Below, in pieces: positions 28,099 to 31,313 of a stretch of 31,313 nt of DNA. A program made the position numbers and the translations under genes. The first letter of the stretch is position 1, and each line of letters starts with the position of its first letter. This stretch comes from Promethearchaeota archaeon (lineage in GTDB: Archaea; Asgardarchaeota; Lokiarchaeia; Sigyniarchaeales; SOKP01). The DNA lies in assembly GCA_048938005.1 (NCBI GenBank), contig JBHLMQ010000032.1, positions 3,912-35,224 on the forward strand. The letters run 5' to 3'. The notes below the pieces were generated by a model that saw only the letters and a list, made by a program, of their open reading frames with translations, was not told where the DNA came from and ran no database searches.

Positions 28099-28620
28099 TT
28101 ATTGACTTTCAATACTCATTTGATGTTCTTGAGTTTTCTTGTGACCACAGTGTACACAATAAGCAATTCCTATATTTGATAACGTTTGAAGCATAGAATC
28201 TGTAAATCTATTACCACATTCACTACAATAAGCTACTTCAGGTCGGACAATTTGTTCGCTTGTCTGAATTGGAACAATTGGTTCCTCCTCTTGTATCACC
28301 TGAGCAGGCACTTGTTGTTCTGTTGTGAGATTAGATTGAGGTTTCTGCTTCCCTGAAATCAAGTAATACAAGCCTTCGAACGCTTTATAAAATAGAAGAC
28401 CAATCCCTTTCAAAAGATAATATACTCCTTTTAATAAATAGTAAACTAGATAAGCAACTCCTTTTAGAATGTAATATGCGAGAATTACAGCAAGTGTTAG
28501 TACAGCAAAAACACCTATCAAGACAAGAACTTGTGCATAAATTGGTTGGGCTAAAAACCATTCAACAATCGCTTGCCATGTGAGACCAAAAATATATACT
28601 TCCATCATTTTTTTAATCAC
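28099..28620 (-). CDS. Membrane-anchored zinc-ribbon protein
   Basis: N-terminal hydrophobic helix, YYxLKG repeats, Q/E/P-rich linker and CSECG...CVHCG. Confidence 0.75.
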   Translation of the reverse strand: MIKKMMEVYIFGLTWQAIVEWFLAQPIYAQVLVLIGVFAVLTLAVILAYYILKGVAYLVYYLLKGVYYLLKGIGLLFYKAFEGLYYLISGKQKPQSNLTTEQQVPAQVIQEEEPIVPIQTSEQIVRPEVAYCSECGNRFTDSMLQTLSNIGIAYCVHCGHKKTQEHQMSIESQ

Positions 28621-28749
28621 TCCAAAATAGTTTATTTTTACTTGATTAAATGAAGATTTTAATATAATTAAAAAAATTTGGAGTCCAATTTTTAAAATTC
28701 AACCTTAAAGATACAAGAAGAAGATCCTAAATTTTAAATCAGAGTAGAG

Positions 28750-30153
28750 TTAATCTAATTGTTTCAGTTTTTTAAACTCACACATCATTTTAAACGCTTT
28801 AATAACATGTTTTATTCTACTCATTATTGGAATCTTAACTTCTGAATTAGATGAAGATGCCGCTTTTCTAAGAAAGTTAAATGTCCACCCAGAACCAAAG
28901 CATACGCATACGCATGGTTTTTTAAATTTCTTTGTTAATTCTTTAATGAGATTAAAGTGTTGAACTGCCCATTCTGACGCCATTGAACCCATCATTTGAA
29001 GTGGCCACCTAGGAACTGAAAAAATATATAAAATAGAATCTACATTCTTATCTTCAAAAATAGCTCTGGTAGAGGGCACGAATGTTTGAAATATAGAAGG
29101 ACCTAAATCGATAGTTCCTCTAATTGATACCCAATTAGGAATTACTGATTTAATGGAAGATATTGTATTTTCACTTAAATTTGCTAGATTTAGCCCTTGT
29201 TTTTCAATCTCATCGCAAGCTAAAGCACCTAGACTTCCCGAACCAGTAATTATAGCAACATTCTTTCCTTTTGGTAAGGGTTGGGTAGCAAAAATGTGTG
29301 CAACATTAAACATTTCATAAAAGTTATTAACTCTAAAGATTCCAGAATTTTGATTAATAACAGCGTCATAAATCTTGTCATTCCCAGCTATTGAGCCTGT
29401 GTGACTATTAACTGCTTTTGAACCAATTTCAGTTCTTCCGTTTTTCAGAATTAATACAGGTTTTTCCATGTTTTTGAGTGCTTCTATAAAATCTTTCCCT
29501 CGTTTTGTACCTTCTAAATAAAGAGTAATAACTTCAGTTTCAGAATCATTATTCAAATATCTGAGTAGATCAACTTCATCAACATCTACCTTGTTTCCAA
29601 TTGTAATAGTTTTGGAAAAACCAATTCCTTTATCAAGTGCCCAATCAATAAAGATATTTCCAAGCACTCCAGATTGAGCAATAACTGCAACTTTTCCCTT
29701 AATAGCTTGATCAAAAGCCATATCTGCAGTTGTAAACTGGTTATTAAAATCAGTTACTCCAATACAATTTGGACCTATAATCCGGATTTGTGAATTTCTG
29801 GCAATTTTTGCTATTTCATTTTGAATTTGAATGTATTCTTCTACTCCTGTCTCAGCAAAACCTGCTGTTTCTATAATTATACCTTTTACACCTTTTTCAA
29901 CACAATCCTTTATCGCTTGAAGTACATATTCATTTCCAACGAGCATTATTGCTAATTCGATTTCTTCAGGAATATCTTTAATATTTTTAAATGCTTTATG
30001 TCCATGAATTTCTTGTTTTTTTATATTAACTGGGTAAGTTTTAAATTCTGAATCTAACAAATATTTTGTGGTATTATAACCGAATTTCATACTATCTGAC
30101 GCTCCAATTATCGCGATTGACTTTGGGTGAAAAAAAACATCCAATTCTGACAT
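28750..30153 (-). CDS. Acetate/acyl-CoA ligase (ADP-forming) alpha-subunit-like CoA-binding protein
   Basis: PKSIAIIGAS, AGFAE, GPNCIG, QSG, GNK.DV, LYLEG and SHTGSIAG (phospho-His). Confidence 0.9.
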   Translation of the reverse strand: MSELDVFFHPKSIAIIGASDSMKFGYNTTKYLLDSEFKTYPVNIKKQEIHGHKAFKNIKDIPEEIELAIMLVGNEYVLQAIKDCVEKGVKGIIIETAGFAETGVEEYIQIQNEIAKIARNSQIRIIGPNCIGVTDFNNQFTTADMAFDQAIKGKVAVIAQSGVLGNIFIDWALDKGIGFSKTITIGNKVDVDEVDLLRYLNNDSETEVITLYLEGTKRGKDFIEALKNMEKPVLILKNGRTEIGSKAVNSHTGSIAGNDKIYDAVINQNSGIFRVNNFYEMFNVAHIFATQPLPKGKNVAIITGSGSLGALACDEIEKQGLNLANLSENTISSIKSVIPNWVSIRGTIDLGPSIFQTFVPSTRAIFEDKNVDSILYIFSVPRWPLQMMGSMASEWAVQHFNLIKELTKKFKKPCVCVCFGSGWTFNFLRKAASSSNSEVKIPIMSRIKHVIKAFKMMCEFKKLKQLD

Positions 30154-30316
30154 GTGATCAACCTTTATTAAATTCGAATTAAAAATAGCATATAATTGGA
30201 GAAATTAATTATAGAACTTAAAGATTCAGTAATATTCTACAAAAAAGCTAAGTTTAAATATCAAATTTTAGAAAATTATGTAATAGTTGGTTTTAGTTTT
30301 ATAATGTGAGATTCTA

Positions 30317-30856
30317 ATGATTATTTCTAACAAAACAAATAAGATTCAAGTAATATGCCCTATATGTAAAACAAGAGACATAATTGGCATTCTCGGATCA
30401 AGATTAAATAAAACCTCTCAATTAACAACAATTTCAATTCATAAAGGGCTGATTTGCCCACATCATTTTCAATTCTTCATGGACAACAATTTTCAAATTC
30501 GAGGATATCAGAAGGTTGATTTAGAATTAGATCAAAAAAATTCTGAAACCTTAAGAAATGGTGTAAAAGCATTTAGACTAATTGAAAATAAAAATAAGAA
30601 TCTCTTTAAAAAGTTAACGCTTGAGGGCGATACAGTTAAATATTCACCTTTAAATAGCGATAAAGAGATGGAAAAACGTAATCCAAACCAAAAGGTTAAA
30701 TTAAAAAGTAGAAAAATGTCATTGAAAGAAATTTATGAAGAGTTTTGGGAATTTATTAACATAGATAATGAAAACTTTCTTGAGTTCATTAATCAAGATA
30801 AGAGACGTAAGAAATCTTCAATGCTTTCTCATAAAAGTGAATGTTTAATCACATAA
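30317..30856 (+). CDS. Hypothetical CxxC...CxH metal-binding protein; paralogue of 3..821
   Basis: CPIC...ICPHHFQFFMD.NF.IRGYQKVD N-terminal domain. Confidence 0.8.
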   Translation: MIISNKTNKIQVICPICKTRDIIGILGSRLNKTSQLTTISIHKGLICPHHFQFFMDNNFQIRGYQKVDLELDQKNSETLRNGVKAFRLIENKNKNLFKKLTLEGDTVKYSPLNSDKEMEKRNPNQKVKLKSRKMSLKEIYEEFWEFINIDNENFLEFINQDKRRKKSSMLSHKSECLIT

Positions 30857-31078
30857 AAAAAAATTACGGGTAAATTTAAGACCAATTTTTTAACTTTTAC
30901 CTCTTCTTTAAAATCTATATTAACTTTTAGAAATAAAACATCATTTTTATAAGAAAAAATCATAGTCTGCTTGAAAAAGATATAAGAAAATTTAAAATTC
31001 AGTACTTAATTTTCCAAAATAATAATTTTAATTATAAATAAAACAAAAATTTAAAGAGTAATTAATAGGTTAGGAAAT

Positions 31079-31313
31079 ATGAGCTATAAGTTACCGAATG
31101 AAAAAGATCTTGAAGCTATGATTGGTATTGTCGGTAAACAATACGCAACAAATAACAAAGCGATTACAGCATCTTACTTGGCGAAATCAGTGATGGGTTT
31201 AGAAATCTCTTATCCCAAAGCGGATAATGACTAAATAGCCAAATCCCTGATATCGTCGTTCGACCAAAATATGTTGAGGAAATTCGAAAAATTCTTGTAT
31301 ATTGTACTCAAGA
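31079..31313 (+). CDS. GlcD-family FAD-binding oxidoreductase, 3'-truncated by the window edge and split by a 32-nt putative intron (exon 1 31079..31204, exon 2 31237..>31313)
   Basis: The joined translation MSYKLPNEKDLEAMIGIVGKQYATNNKAITASYLAKSVMGLE|SQIPDIVVRPKYVEEIRKILVYCTQ aligns with the N-terminus of 20336..21850 (IVSDKY...AY...GVPDIVIRPKDAQEISEIL). Confidence 0.8.
31205..31236 (+). other. Putative BHB-type intron in a protein-coding gene
   Basis: Outer helix GGT/GCC, central 4-bp helix TTAG/CTAA, 3-nt bulges AA|A and AT|A, inner stem TC..TTATCC/GGATAA.GA. It contains an in-frame TAA, and excision restores the frame. Confidence 0.8.

Noticed and set aside
31205-31236. Reading the split gene as a simple frameshifted pseudogene or transposon footprint
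   Set aside because: Not excluded, but disfavoured. There is no target-site duplication, and a random insertion is unlikely to give a full BHB whose standard cut sites restore both the frame and the paralogue spacing.

Overview
AT-rich, gene-dense archaeal chromosomal segment. The gene content (uDENN/longin-like protein, CxxC..CxH paralogues, archaeal Hsp20, DUF763, acyl-CoA synthetases) suggests an Asgard archaeon, probably Lokiarchaeia; this is inference. There are about 32 CDSs (mostly redox, CoA-ligase, hydrolase, regulator and hypothetical genes) and one tRNA-His(GUG) gene with a 26-nt intron at non-canonical position 32/33. No CRISPR array, rRNA or transposase was seen. Main finding: the last gene, missed by the ORF track, is a GlcD-type FAD oxidoreductase (31079..>31313) interrupted by a 32-nt insertion (31205..31236) that carries a stop codon and shifts the frame. 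The insertion folds into a complete bulge-helix-bulge (BHB) motif, and cutting at the standard BHB sites restores the frame exactly. It is therefore a candidate tRNA-endonuclease-type intron in an mRNA. A second missed gene (Lrp/AsnC-type ligand-binding domain, 21995..22279) lacks a usable canonical start codon.
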